DNA from: a virus
Lineage: Duplodnaviria; Heunggongvirae; Uroviricota; Caudoviricetes; Demerecviridae
Virus record (IMG/VR): IMGVR_UViG_2974655256_000001
Span: 84,530-111,601 of that record
Reading direction: 5' to 3' (one strand)
Length of the DNA stretch: 27,072 nucleotides
The notes beneath the pieces were generated by a model that worked only from the letters and a program-made list of their open reading frames with translations, did not search any database and was not told the origin of the DNA. Below are positions 1-8,353 of the stretch, piece by piece. The position numbers and the translations under genes are program-made. Every line of letters begins with the position of its first letter. Position 1 is the first letter of the stretch.

Positions 1-1
1 T

Positions 2-1048
2 GAGTCTATTATCAAGGGTTGTGTAGTAGCTCCTCCTGGATATCGTGTAATCGCATGGGACTTAACAACTGCGGAAGTTTATTATGCTGCTGTTCTGTCT
101 GGTGACAGAAATATGCAACAAGTATTTATCAACATGAAGAATGAGCCTGATAAATACCCTGACTTCCACTCAAACATCGCACACATGGTATTTAAACTGA
201 CCTGTGAACCGCGTGATGTTAAGAAGTTGTTCCCAGCTCTGCGTCAGGCTGCTAAGGCAATTACCTTCGGTATTCTGTATGGTTCTGGCCCAGCTAAAGT
301 CGCTCACTCTGTTAACGAAGCTCTTCTGGAACAGGCCGCTAAGACAGGCGAACCGTTTGTTGAATGTACCGTTGCAGATGCGAAGGACTATATCGAAACT
401 TACTTCGGTCAGTTCCCTCAGCTTAAGCGTTGGATTGATAAGTGCCACGATCAGATCAAGAACTTTGGATTCATCTATAGTCACTTTGGTCGTAAGCGTC
501 GTCTGCATAACATCCATTCCGAAGATCGTGGTGTTCAGGGTGAAGAAATCCGTTCTGGATTTAACGCAATCATTCAGTCTGCATCTTCTGATAGTCTCCT
601 GTTAGGGGCTATTGATGCTGATGAAGAAATCCTGTCCCTGGGTCTAGGAAAAGAGATGAAGATCGTCATGTTGGTTCACGACTCCGTGGTTGCCATTGTA
701 CGTGAAGATCTGATCGATCAGTATAACGAGATTCTGATTCGTAACATCCAGAAGGATCGTGGTATTAGTATCCCTGGCTGCCCAATCGGTATTGATTCTG
801 ATTCTGAGAAAGGTGGTTCTCGTGACTACTCTTGTGGTAAGATGAAGAAACAGCACCCATCAATCGCTTGTATTGATGATGATGAGTATACTCGTTATGT
901 TAAGGGTGTATTACTCGATGCAGATTTCGAGTATAAGAAGTTAGCTGCAATGGATAAAGAGCATCCAGACCACAGCAAGTACAAGGATGATAAGTTTATT
1001 GCTGTATGTAAAGATCTGGATAATGTGAAAAGGATTTTAGGTGCTTGA
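2..1048 (+). CDS. pol: Family A DNA polymerase (T5 Pol type), C-terminal part; 5' end lies outside the window
   Basis: The frame is open from nt 2 (ESIIKGCVVAPPGYRVIAWDLTTAEVYY, motif A D..TAE). It also has motif B RQAAKAITFGILYG, motif C VHDS and a T5-type C-terminal extension. The ORF-track start at 113 is an internal Met. Confidence 0.96.
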   Translation, partial: ESIIKGCVVAPPGYRVIAWDLTTAEVYYAAVLSGDRNMQQVFINMKNEPDKYPDFHSNIAHMVFKLTCEPRDVKKLFPALRQAAKAITFGILYGSGPAKVAHSVNEALLEQAAKTGEPFVECTVADAKDYIETYFGQFPQLKRWIDKCHDQIKNFGFIYSHFGRKRRLHNIHSEDRGVQGEEIRSGFNAIIQSASSDSLLLGAIDADEEILSLGLGKEMKIVMLVHDSVVAIVREDLIDQYNEILIRNIQKDRGISIPGCPIGIDSDSEKGGSRDYSCGKMKKQHPSIACIDDDEYTRYVKGVLLDADFEYKKLAAMDKEHPDHSKYKDDKFIAVCKDLDNVKRILGA

Positions 1049-1538
1049 TTTCAAATTGCCCGTATATGCTTTACGGGCGTTTGTATCAATTGAGCAGGAA
1101 GGTGATTATTCCATAATTACAACAAGATATAATAAATATGTGTTAGATAACAGGGAGTTGCCTGGCACATTCTCTCAACGTAGGTTAGCCTTATTTGAGA
1201 AGCGGAAAGAATTACCTTATAAGCTCTATCCTATTCGTGGTAGAATATCAATGTTGTCCCAATTAGTTGGGTCAAAGCGTAGCCAGTTCATAGATTCTGA
1301 TGGAAATCTCATTAACTGGAAGAAAACTACGTTCTATGATGTTATCACATCTAAAGTTCTGCATTCTGCAAGAATTTATAATGGAAAGTATCAATGCTAT
1401 GTGGCTAAAGTCCCGTATCCATTCGTGCTATCCTATGTTCCAGCTTATATAAGCTATATTCTGGTAAATAATAGCCCTGTTATTTATCAAATCCATCAAG
1501 AGGAGCCTGAAATTCCTAGACTTAGAATAAAATTATGA
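1041..1538 (+). CDS. Conserved T5-like hypothetical protein between pol and D10 (165 aa)
   Basis: GTG start with AAGGA SD, 8-nt overlap with pol and 4-nt ATGA overlap with D10. It fills the gap exactly. No motif recognised. Confidence 0.85.
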   Translation: MLDFKLPVYALRAFVSIEQEGDYSIITTRYNKYVLDNRELPGTFSQRRLALFEKRKELPYKLYPIRGRISMLSQLVGSKRSQFIDSDGNLINWKKTTFYDVITSKVLHSARIYNGKYQCYVAKVPYPFVLSYVPAYISYILVNNSPVIYQIHQEEPEIPRLRIKL

Positions 1539-2887
1539 AGGTTGTTATATCTAATAAAGCCTATTTCAAGCCCGATGATGAACTCTGGGATTACTGTAGT
1601 AAACAAACCACTTATCACATCGAGACAATGACTAGTAAATACCCTATTATGTATAAGAATAGTGGTGTTGTTGCTAAAGAGATTAAGTGGATTCCCATTA
1701 CGCGTCTAGATTTACTAGATGCTAAGGGAGTAAAATACGAATTAGTTGACAAACGCACGTTAGCTCCGGTAGAAATACCAGAACCTCAGTTCAAGCTACG
1801 TGAGGAAGATCAGCTTCCTATATATGAAGAGTGCGATGATACTTGTATTATCAATGGTAAGCCTGGATTTGGTAAAACTATCCTAGCTCTAGCTCTTGCA
1901 TATAAGTTTGGCCAGAAAACTCTGGTAATCTGCACTAACACATCCATTCGTGAAATGTGGGCTGCAGAAGTTCGTAAATGGTTTGGATTCGAGCCGGGTA
2001 TTATAGGTTCTGGAAAGTATAACATTGATCCACCAATCGTGGTCAGTAATATACAAACAGTGAACAAACATGCGAATAATCTTTCTAAGGTATTCGGTAC
2101 TGTTATAGTTGATGAAGTTCACCACTGTGTAGCTACAACTTTCACTAATTTCCTAGAGATCTCATGTGCTCGCTACAAGATCGGTCTATCAGGTACATTA
2201 AAACGTAAAGATGGGCTACAAGTTATGTTCAAAGACTTCTTTGGATATAAGATCTTTAGTCCTCCGGTTAATAATACTGTTCCACCCACAATCCATAGGT
2301 ACTCCGTACCTGTCGAGTTATCAGGAAACCAGAACGTACCATGGGCACTACGTGCTAATGATGTATATAATCATCCTGAATATCGGGAAACTATTATAAA
2401 CCTAGCACATTTATATGTGTCTATGGGGCATAAGGTTCTCTTTGTAAGTGATAGGACGGAACTAATCCAAACAATATTAGAAGCTCTCGCACAACGTGGT
2501 GTTACAACCTATGAGATTATAGGTGCAACTCCTTTGGATGACCGATTGAGAATCCAGAAAGATGTAGCGGAGGGCGGACCCTGTGTGCTTGCAGCAGCTC
2601 AGAGTATCTTCTCAGAAGGTATTTCTCTTAACGAGCTGTCTTGTTTAATAATGGGAAGTCTCATTAATAATGAATCTCTCATAGAACAGTTAGCAGGCCG
2701 CGTTCAACGTATTGTTGACGGAAAGCTAGATCCGATTGTTGTAGATTTAATTATGAAAGGAGGTACTGGTTTAAGACAGGCTTCTGGACGTATGGCCGTG
2801 TATCGCAATAATGCATGGAAAACTATTACTATGACTCCGGAGAAAGCAGTACAATTAGCTAAAATTGCATTTGGCAACTGCTCATAA
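1535..2887 (+). CDS. D10: D10 superfamily 2 (UvsW-like) branch-migration helicase
   Basis: Walker A GKPGFGKT, DEVH box, motif III SGT, motif VI QLAGRVQR; 450 aa; T5 synteny. Confidence 0.93.
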   Translation: MKVVISNKAYFKPDDELWDYCSKQTTYHIETMTSKYPIMYKNSGVVAKEIKWIPITRLDLLDAKGVKYELVDKRTLAPVEIPEPQFKLREEDQLPIYEECDDTCIINGKPGFGKTILALALAYKFGQKTLVICTNTSIREMWAAEVRKWFGFEPGIIGSGKYNIDPPIVVSNIQTVNKHANNLSKVFGTVIVDEVHHCVATTFTNFLEISCARYKIGLSGTLKRKDGLQVMFKDFFGYKIFSPPVNNTVPPTIHRYSVPVELSGNQNVPWALRANDVYNHPEYRETIINLAHLYVSMGHKVLFVSDRTELIQTILEALAQRGVTTYEIIGATPLDDRLRIQKDVAEGGPCVLAAAQSIFSEGISLNELSCLIMGSLINNESLIEQLAGRVQRIVDGKLDPIVVDLIMKGGTGLRQASGRMAVYRNNAWKTITMTPEKAVQLAKIAFGNCS

Positions 2888-2899
2888 TTATTGTATAAT
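2871..2899 (+). promoter_or_regulatory. Sigma70-type T5 strong promoter P1 (PN25-like), overlapping the D10 3' end
   Basis: TTGGCA (2871-2876), 17-bp spacer, TATAAT (2894-2899). The predicted +1 at 2906 begins ATAAATTTGAGAGAG, which I recall as the initial transcribed sequence of T5 PN25. Confidence 0.75.
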
Positions 2900-2923
2900 A
2901 TACACATAAATTTGAGAGAGAAA

Positions 2924-2951
2924 GTTTCGGATTGATAAGAAAGTCCGAAGC
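2924..2951 (+). other. Stem-loop between the two tandem promoters
   Basis: GTTTCGGATT (2924-2933) pairs with AGTCCGAAGC (2942-2951): 10 bp including two G-U pairs, 8-nt loop. No U-tract follows on the + strand. Confidence 0.55.
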
Positions 2952-2953
2952 AG

Positions 2954-3000
2954 AAAAATAAAAATTGTACTTGTCAAATCCTCCCGATTTAATGTATAAT
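2954..3000 (+). promoter_or_regulatory. Sigma70-type T5 strong promoter P2 with UP element
   Basis: AAAAATAAAAATT (2954-2966), TTGTCA (2971-2976), 18-bp spacer, TATAAT (2995-3000). The predicted +1 at 3007 begins ATAAATTGATGAGAG, 21 nt before the ATG at 3028. Confidence 0.75.
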
Positions 3001-3027
3001 ATATACATAAATTGATGAGAGACAAAA

Positions 3028-3390
3028 ATGAAATTCTTTGATTACGAGAGAATTTACCTCTTAGCTAGAGGAAACTCCGACCTGATTGTCAAGCTATTTA
3101 ATAGAATGCTTGCAGAGCCTGATGCTCACCAGTTACTGGTCGGTTCTTCATTCATCTTGAATGAATCAACTATTGTTGATAACCCTTACAAATTGTCTAA
3201 TAGACAACTGGCAGAATATCTAGGAATTCTAAGTCTACGAAATTATGCCGAATATAAGTTTACAAACGATCCGAGTTTGGACATGCAATATGTTCCCATA
3301 TGGATACCACGTTCTGTAATCGACACTAACCCACTAATTGCAATCAATAAATCGAAGATAATCTTTAAAGAGGAAATAAAATATGGCTAA
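3028..3390 (+). CDS. Conserved T5-like hypothetical protein upstream of D11 (120 aa)
   Basis: ATG follows GAGAG downstream of P2; 8-nt overlap with D11. No motif recognised. Confidence 0.85.
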   Translation: MKFFDYERIYLLARGNSDLIVKLFNRMLAEPDAHQLLVGSSFILNESTIVDNPYKLSNRQLAEYLGILSLRNYAEYKFTNDPSLDMQYVPIWIPRSVIDTNPLIAINKSKIIFKEEIKYG

Positions 3391-4156
3391 GTCTTGGGGC
3401 GAAACTACTGGCGGTTCTAACGATAAAATCGACTTCCTGAAATTCAACAACGGTGTAACTCGTGTTCGTATCGTTTCTGGTGTTCTTCCACGTTATGTCT
3501 ACTGGCTGACTAACAAAGATGGTAATGCAGCTCCGTTTGAGTGCCTGCGTTTCAACCGTACTAAAGAGAGCTTCGTTCGCGGTAAAGCTGACCCGATTCA
3601 CGAAATGGGCTTCTTCGAGAAAGAGCTGGACAAAGATGGTAATCGTGTTCCGCTGAAACCGAAGAAAAACTACATCGCTTTCGTTATCGACCGTTCTGAT
3701 AACAAACTGAAAGTTATGGAAGTTAAAGCTACTATCCTGAAAGGCATCCAGTCTATCATGAAGCAGCTGAAACTGTCCGACCCGTTCGATATCGATATTT
3801 CTATCGAGAAGAAAGGTAAAGGCTTCGATACTGAGTACGATGTACAGCAGATCGCAGCAATGCAGTTCCAGATGGCTCTGAAAGATCCTACTAGCGCAGA
3901 AGCTAAACTGCACGCCGCAGATGCCGATATTCTCGGTGAAGCTATGTGTGATGATACTGGTGAGTTCATCAAGTTTGAAAAAGTTCCTTCTCTGGAAGAA
4001 ACCTACCCGGTTCCGTCCTACGAAGAGCAGAAAGAAGCTATTCTCGCCTTCATGGAAGGTCGTGAGAAGCAAGACGGCGGTGACGCTAAGTCTGGTGGTG
4101 ATGCTGGTTCTCAGAAAGGCATCGACGCTGAAGCTGCTAGCGATCTGGACGACTAA
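3383..4156 (+). CDS. D11: D11 putative single-stranded DNA-binding protein
   Basis: GAGGA SD; T5 D11-like N-terminus MAKSWGETTGG; acidic, Gly-rich C-terminal tail (DAEAASDLDD) typical of SSBs; visibly high-expression codon use (CTG, CGT, TTC, ATC). Position between D10 and D12. Confidence 0.85.
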   Translation: MAKSWGETTGGSNDKIDFLKFNNGVTRVRIVSGVLPRYVYWLTNKDGNAAPFECLRFNRTKESFVRGKADPIHEMGFFEKELDKDGNRVPLKPKKNYIAFVIDRSDNKLKVMEVKATILKGIQSIMKQLKLSDPFDIDISIEKKGKGFDTEYDVQQIAAMQFQMALKDPTSAEAKLHAADADILGEAMCDDTGEFIKFEKVPSLEETYPVPSYEEQKEAILAFMEGREKQDGGDAKSGGDAGSQKGIDAEAASDLDD

Positions 4157-4165
4157 TAAACCAAG

Positions 4166-4190
4166 GGGAGCTACGGCTCCCTTTCTTTTT
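4166..4190 (+). terminator. Rho-independent terminator after D11
   Basis: GGGAGC-TACG-GCTCCC stem with a C(UACG)G UNCG-type tetraloop, followed by TTTCTTTTT. Confidence 0.88.
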
Positions 4191-4195
4191 AACTT

Positions 4196-5173
4196 ATGAG
4201 AATACTATTTAGTGCTGATCATCATATCAAATTAGGACAAGATAAAGTTCCAAAGGAATGGCAGAAGCGTCGCTTCCTGATGCTAGGAGAACGGTTAAAT
4301 GACATATTCCATAATCATAACTGTGATCTGCATATTGCTGGTGGTGATATTCTTGATGTTGCCGACCCATCGTCGGAAGAAATAGAACTTCTTGAACAGT
4401 TCATGTCAAGACTTGACCATTCAGGCAAGATCTTCACTGGGAACCATGAAATGTTAACTAAAACTATTTCATGTCTGTATCATTATGCAGGAGTTATTAA
4501 TAAAGTAACAAACGGAAATTGGGAAGTCATTACTAAACCATATCGTTCTCCTGAATTTGATATTATCCCTTATGATGAAATCCACAAACCAAAGTGGAAG
4601 CCATCTGAATCAAAATTATGTTTCACGCATGTTCGTGGTGAAATCCCTCCACATGTAAAACCAGAGATTGATCTAACGAGATATAACTGTTATGACACTG
4701 TAATTGCTGGAGATTTACATTCTTATACTAATAGTCAAACTGTTGGTTCTACTAGACTTCTTTATCCAGGATCTCCATTAACTACATCGTTCCACAGAGA
4801 ACGCACAAAAGGTACAAATGGTTGTTTTATCATTGATACCGACACATTAAAAGTAGAATGGATTGACCTTGGTGATTTACCTCAACTGATTCGTAAAACA
4901 ATCGGAGTTGGTGAGGAAATGGAGCCTAGTGACTATGACCGTGTAATTTATGAAGTCACTGGTGACGTCGTTCAGTTAAAGTCTATTAAAGATTCCGATC
5001 TCTTAGATAAAAAGATTAACCATAGAGTTACTAAAGATGCTAAGTTAAATCTTGTTGATCTTGATATGTTAGGCGAGCTTGAGCTTTACTTCCGTGAAGT
5101 TGAAAAGCTGTCTCAAGGCGACATTGATAGAATCTTGGCTAGAGCTGCTAAATATGTCAAAGATTATAATTAA
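4196..5173 (+). CDS. D12: D12 Mre11/SbcD-like metallophosphoesterase nuclease
   Basis: Motifs SADHH, GGDILD, GNHE, THVRG and AGDLH, plus YPGSP; adjacent to a Rad50-like gene. Confidence 0.93.
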   Translation: MRILFSADHHIKLGQDKVPKEWQKRRFLMLGERLNDIFHNHNCDLHIAGGDILDVADPSSEEIELLEQFMSRLDHSGKIFTGNHEMLTKTISCLYHYAGVINKVTNGNWEVITKPYRSPEFDIIPYDEIHKPKWKPSESKLCFTHVRGEIPPHVKPEIDLTRYNCYDTVIAGDLHSYTNSQTVGSTRLLYPGSPLTTSFHRERTKGTNGCFIIDTDTLKVEWIDLGDLPQLIRKTIGVGEEMEPSDYDRVIYEVTGDVVQLKSIKDSDLLDKKINHRVTKDAKLNLVDLDMLGELELYFREVEKLSQGDIDRILARAAKYVKDYN

Positions 5174-6992
5174 GACACTAAAATTCAGCAACGTTATGTC
5201 TTACGGTAAGGATATCGTAATTCATTTCGATAAGAATCCAGTTACTCAGTTAATCGGAGGAAACGGTCTAGGGAAGTCCACTATTGCTACTGTTATTGAG
5301 GAATTGTTTTATAACAAGAACTCACGTGGTATCAAGAAGGACGCCTTATTCTCTTGGGGTTCTCCGAAGAAAGAGTATGATATGCACGCTTACTTCTCGA
5401 AAGATGAAGATGAGTATGAATTACATAAAGTAGTTAAATCAACTGCTAAGGTTACACTGATTAAGAATGGAGAAGATATCAGTGGACACACAGCAACTCA
5501 AACGTACAAGATGATTGAAGAGATTATGGGTGGTGACTTCCAAACATTCACTAAGCTGATCTATCAATCTGTCGGTTCCAATCTAGACTTCCTCAAAGCA
5601 ACTGATGCAACACGTAAAGCTTTTCTTGTTAACCTGTTCAATCAGGAACAGTATAAAGAGATGTCAGAAACTATTAAGGCTGATCGTAAAGAAGTGGCAA
5701 GTACGTTAAGTAATTTGCAAGGCCAGATGGCCGTAATTACGAAGATCCTCAATGGAAAAGGTAATCTCGGAAGTTTACAGGAGCCAGTCGAAGTTCCAGA
5801 GTTTGATGAAGAACCGTTAGCACAAGAACTTACTGAATCGAAAATTAAGGCGGCATTAGCCAAGTCACAAGAGGCTAATATTACTAAACTTCGTAATTTG
5901 GACAAAGCTGTACAAGTTGCCGAACAATCTTTCGAGCCTTTCAAAAATTTCCCTGCGCCCACTGACCAATCTGAAGAGATCTCAAGTGTTACGCGTGACC
6001 TAACGATTGTTACCTCACGTGCAGGAGAAGTCAAGAAACGTTATCAGAAGTTCAAGCAAGAGGCTTCAAATACTGAATGTCCTACTTGTGGTACTCACCT
6101 TGATACAACTGCTGCCCAAAAAGCAATGGATATGGCTAGAGCAGAATACGATCCTCTGTTTAAAGAGAAACAATCTCTCGAAGCTACATTGGAGCAGTTA
6201 AAGAAAGAACAACTCGAGTACGCTGCGTATACTAGAGTTAAGGATGCTTTAGATAAGGCAGTAGCAGCTAGAGACGAGTTCAAAAATTCAATGAGTGATG
6301 CTTCTTTTGAAGAACTCAATGTGCAAATCCTACAGGTGCAAATCCGACAATTAGAACAGGAAATCGCAGATGGACGTTCTAAAGTTGCAATTGCCAAAGA
6401 GCATAATGCAAATGTCGAATTAGCCAATGCAAAATATAAGGCGAAATTAGAACAGATTGAGAAAGCTGAGGCAGAAATGTCTGAGATAACGTCCAAACTG
6501 GATGGAGTATCAGAAGCTGTTGCTGATCTTGATATTCTAATCGCTGCATTGAAAAATCTGGTAGGATATAAACTAGAACATAGTGTGAAAGTATTTGAGG
6601 AATTAATTAATAAATATCTTTCTATTATGACTGGTGGTAAGTTCGCACTTGGATTTGAACTTGATGAAACTAAATTACAAGTAGTAATCTTCAATGATGG
6701 AAACCGCACCAGTATGGAGAACTGCTCTACTGGTCAGCAAAGTAGAATTAACCTAGCAACTCTGTTAGCTATTCGAATGCTGTTAACATCTATTAGTAAA
6801 GTTAATATTAATCTTCTGTTCCTTGACGAAGTTATTAGCTTTATTGATACGAAAGGACTTGATACTCTCGTTGAATTATTAAATGAGGAAGATAGTCTGA
6901 ATTCTATCATTGTTTCTCATGGGCATACGCATCCATTAGCCCATAAGATTACTGTTAAAAAAGATGCAGAAGGATTTTCCTACTTAGAATAA
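5154..6992 (+). CDS. D13: D13 Rad50/SbcC-like ABC ATPase (612 aa)
   Basis: Walker A GGNGLGKS, coiled coils with central zinc hook CPTCG, signature CSTGQ, Walker B LLFLDEV, H-loop VSH. The ATG at 5154 (MSKIII) places the Walker A near the N-terminus as expected. Confidence 0.93.
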   Translation: MSKIIIKTLKFSNVMSYGKDIVIHFDKNPVTQLIGGNGLGKSTIATVIEELFYNKNSRGIKKDALFSWGSPKKEYDMHAYFSKDEDEYELHKVVKSTAKVTLIKNGEDISGHTATQTYKMIEEIMGGDFQTFTKLIYQSVGSNLDFLKATDATRKAFLVNLFNQEQYKEMSETIKADRKEVASTLSNLQGQMAVITKILNGKGNLGSLQEPVEVPEFDEEPLAQELTESKIKAALAKSQEANITKLRNLDKAVQVAEQSFEPFKNFPAPTDQSEEISSVTRDLTIVTSRAGEVKKRYQKFKQEASNTECPTCGTHLDTTAAQKAMDMARAEYDPLFKEKQSLEATLEQLKKEQLEYAAYTRVKDALDKAVAARDEFKNSMSDASFEELNVQILQVQIRQLEQEIADGRSKVAIAKEHNANVELANAKYKAKLEQIEKAEAEMSEITSKLDGVSEAVADLDILIAALKNLVGYKLEHSVKVFEELINKYLSIMTGGKFALGFELDETKLQVVIFNDGNRTSMENCSTGQQSRINLATLLAIRMLLTSISKVNINLLFLDEVISFIDTKGLDTLVELLNEEDSLNSIIVSHGHTHPLAHKITVKKDAEGFSYLE

Positions 6993-6995
6993 AAC

Positions 6996-7478
6996 ATGGC
7001 CGTAGATAGTAGAGAGAAAGGTAAACGTGGTGAATATCAGGTAAGAGATATACTGCGTGAACGTACAGGTCTTGAGTGGGAACGTGTTCCAGGCTCTGGT
7101 GCTTTTGTCCAGAGCCATGGACTGAAGGGCGACATCTACCTTCCACCACAAAGCGGACACATTAGTAAATACTGCTTCGAAGTTAAGTGGTATAAAGATG
7201 ATAACATATCAAGTAATTTATTTAACGTTGGTGAATCCACTCTAGAGAAGTGGTGGCAGCAGTGTTCCCGTGAAGGTGAACAGATGAACTCCAAACCAGC
7301 CTTAATATTCAAGAAAGACAGAGGACAGTGGTTAATTGCTTTGGATAGCTCAGACCCGATGGTGGACAACTTAATGAGTCGTACCCATATGGTGTTAAAT
7401 AAGAAAGACATGGAAATCGTAATCGGGTTATTTGAACCGTGGTTACATCACGCATCTGTTGAGGACTTAATTAAATAA
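6996..7478 (+). CDS. D14: D14 PD-(D/E)XK nuclease, Hjc-type Holliday junction resolvase
   Basis: N-terminal KGKRGE, then PGSGA, GDI and FEVK catalytic motifs; T5 synteny. Confidence 0.87.
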   Translation: MAVDSREKGKRGEYQVRDILRERTGLEWERVPGSGAFVQSHGLKGDIYLPPQSGHISKYCFEVKWYKDDNISSNLFNVGESTLEKWWQQCSREGEQMNSKPALIFKKDRGQWLIALDSSDPMVDNLMSRTHMVLNKKDMEIVIGLFEPWLHHASVEDLIK

Positions 7479-8353
7479 TGAGTAAATCCTGGGGAAAATT
7501 TATTGAAGAGGAAGAAGCTGAGCTGGCTTCTCGTCGCAACCTAATGATTGTTGACGGAACTAACTTAGGCTTCCGCTTCAAACATAATAATAGTAAGAAA
7601 CCTTTTGCTTCTAGTTATGTATCAACGATTCAATCTTTGGCGAAATCTTATTCTGCTAGAACTACAATTGTTCTTGGCGATAAAGGAAAGTCTGTATTCC
7701 GTTTAGAGCATCTTCCTGATTATAAGGGCAACCGTGATGAAAAGTATGCTCAACGTACAGAAGAAGAGAAAGCACTAGATGAACAGTTCTTTGAATACCT
7801 TCGTGATGCTTTCGAGTTGTGTGAAACCACATTCCCAACCTTCACTATTCGTGGCGTAGAAGCAGATGATATGGCAGCTTATATTGTTAAGCTCATTGGT
7901 CATTTATATGATCACGTTTGGCTGATCTCTACTGATGGTGACTGGGATACTCTATTAACTGATCGAGTTTCTCGCTTCTCCTTCACCACACGTCGTGAGT
8001 ACCATCTTCGTGATATGTATGAACATCATAACGTTGACGATGTAGATCAGTTTATCTCTTTGAAAGCAATTATGGGAGATCTTGGTGATAACATCCGTGG
8101 TGTTGAAGGCATCGGTGCAAAACGTGGTTATAATATTATCCGTGAATTTGGTAATGTTCTGGATATTATTGATCAACTCCCTCTGCCTGGGAAACAGAAA
8201 TATATACAGAATCTGAACGCATCGGAGGAGTTGCTTTTCCGAAATCTGATTCTGGTTGATTTACCGACCTATTGTGTAGATGCTATTGCTGCTGTGGGTC
8301 AAGACGTATTAGATAAGTTTACTAAAGATATTTTGGAGATCGCAGGACAATGA
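7478..8353 (+). CDS. D15: D15 5'-3' exonuclease / flap endonuclease (T5 FEN)
   Basis: 291 aa, matching T5 FEN as recalled (MSKSWGKFIEEEEAE..RRNLMIVDGTNLGFRF, YKGNR, GVEADD, STDGDWD, H3TH GDLGDNIRGVEGIG). Confidence 0.97.
   Translation: MSKSWGKFIEEEEAELASRRNLMIVDGTNLGFRFKHNNSKKPFASSYVSTIQSLAKSYSARTTIVLGDKGKSVFRLEHLPDYKGNRDEKYAQRTEEEKALDEQFFEYLRDAFELCETTFPTFTIRGVEADDMAAYIVKLIGHLYDHVWLISTDGDWDTLLTDRVSRFSFTTRREYHLRDMYEHHNVDDVDQFISLKAIMGDLGDNIRGVEGIGAKRGYNIIREFGNVLDIIDQLPLPGKQKYIQNLNASEELLFRNLILVDLPTYCVDAIAAVGQDVLDKFTKDILEIAGQ

Noticed and set aside
113-115. ATG at 113 as the polymerase start
   Set aside because: The frame is open to the window edge and motif A lies upstream of it.
3365-4072. 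235-aa antisense ORF over D11
   Set aside because: It mirrors D11 almost exactly. Long antisense frames are expected from D11's biased codon use. No SD and no protein-like motif.
5079-5153. 25-aa N-terminal extension of D13 in the ORF track
   Set aside because: It lies wholly within D12 and starts at a non-ATG codon. The ATG at 5154 gives a typical Rad50/SbcC N-terminus.
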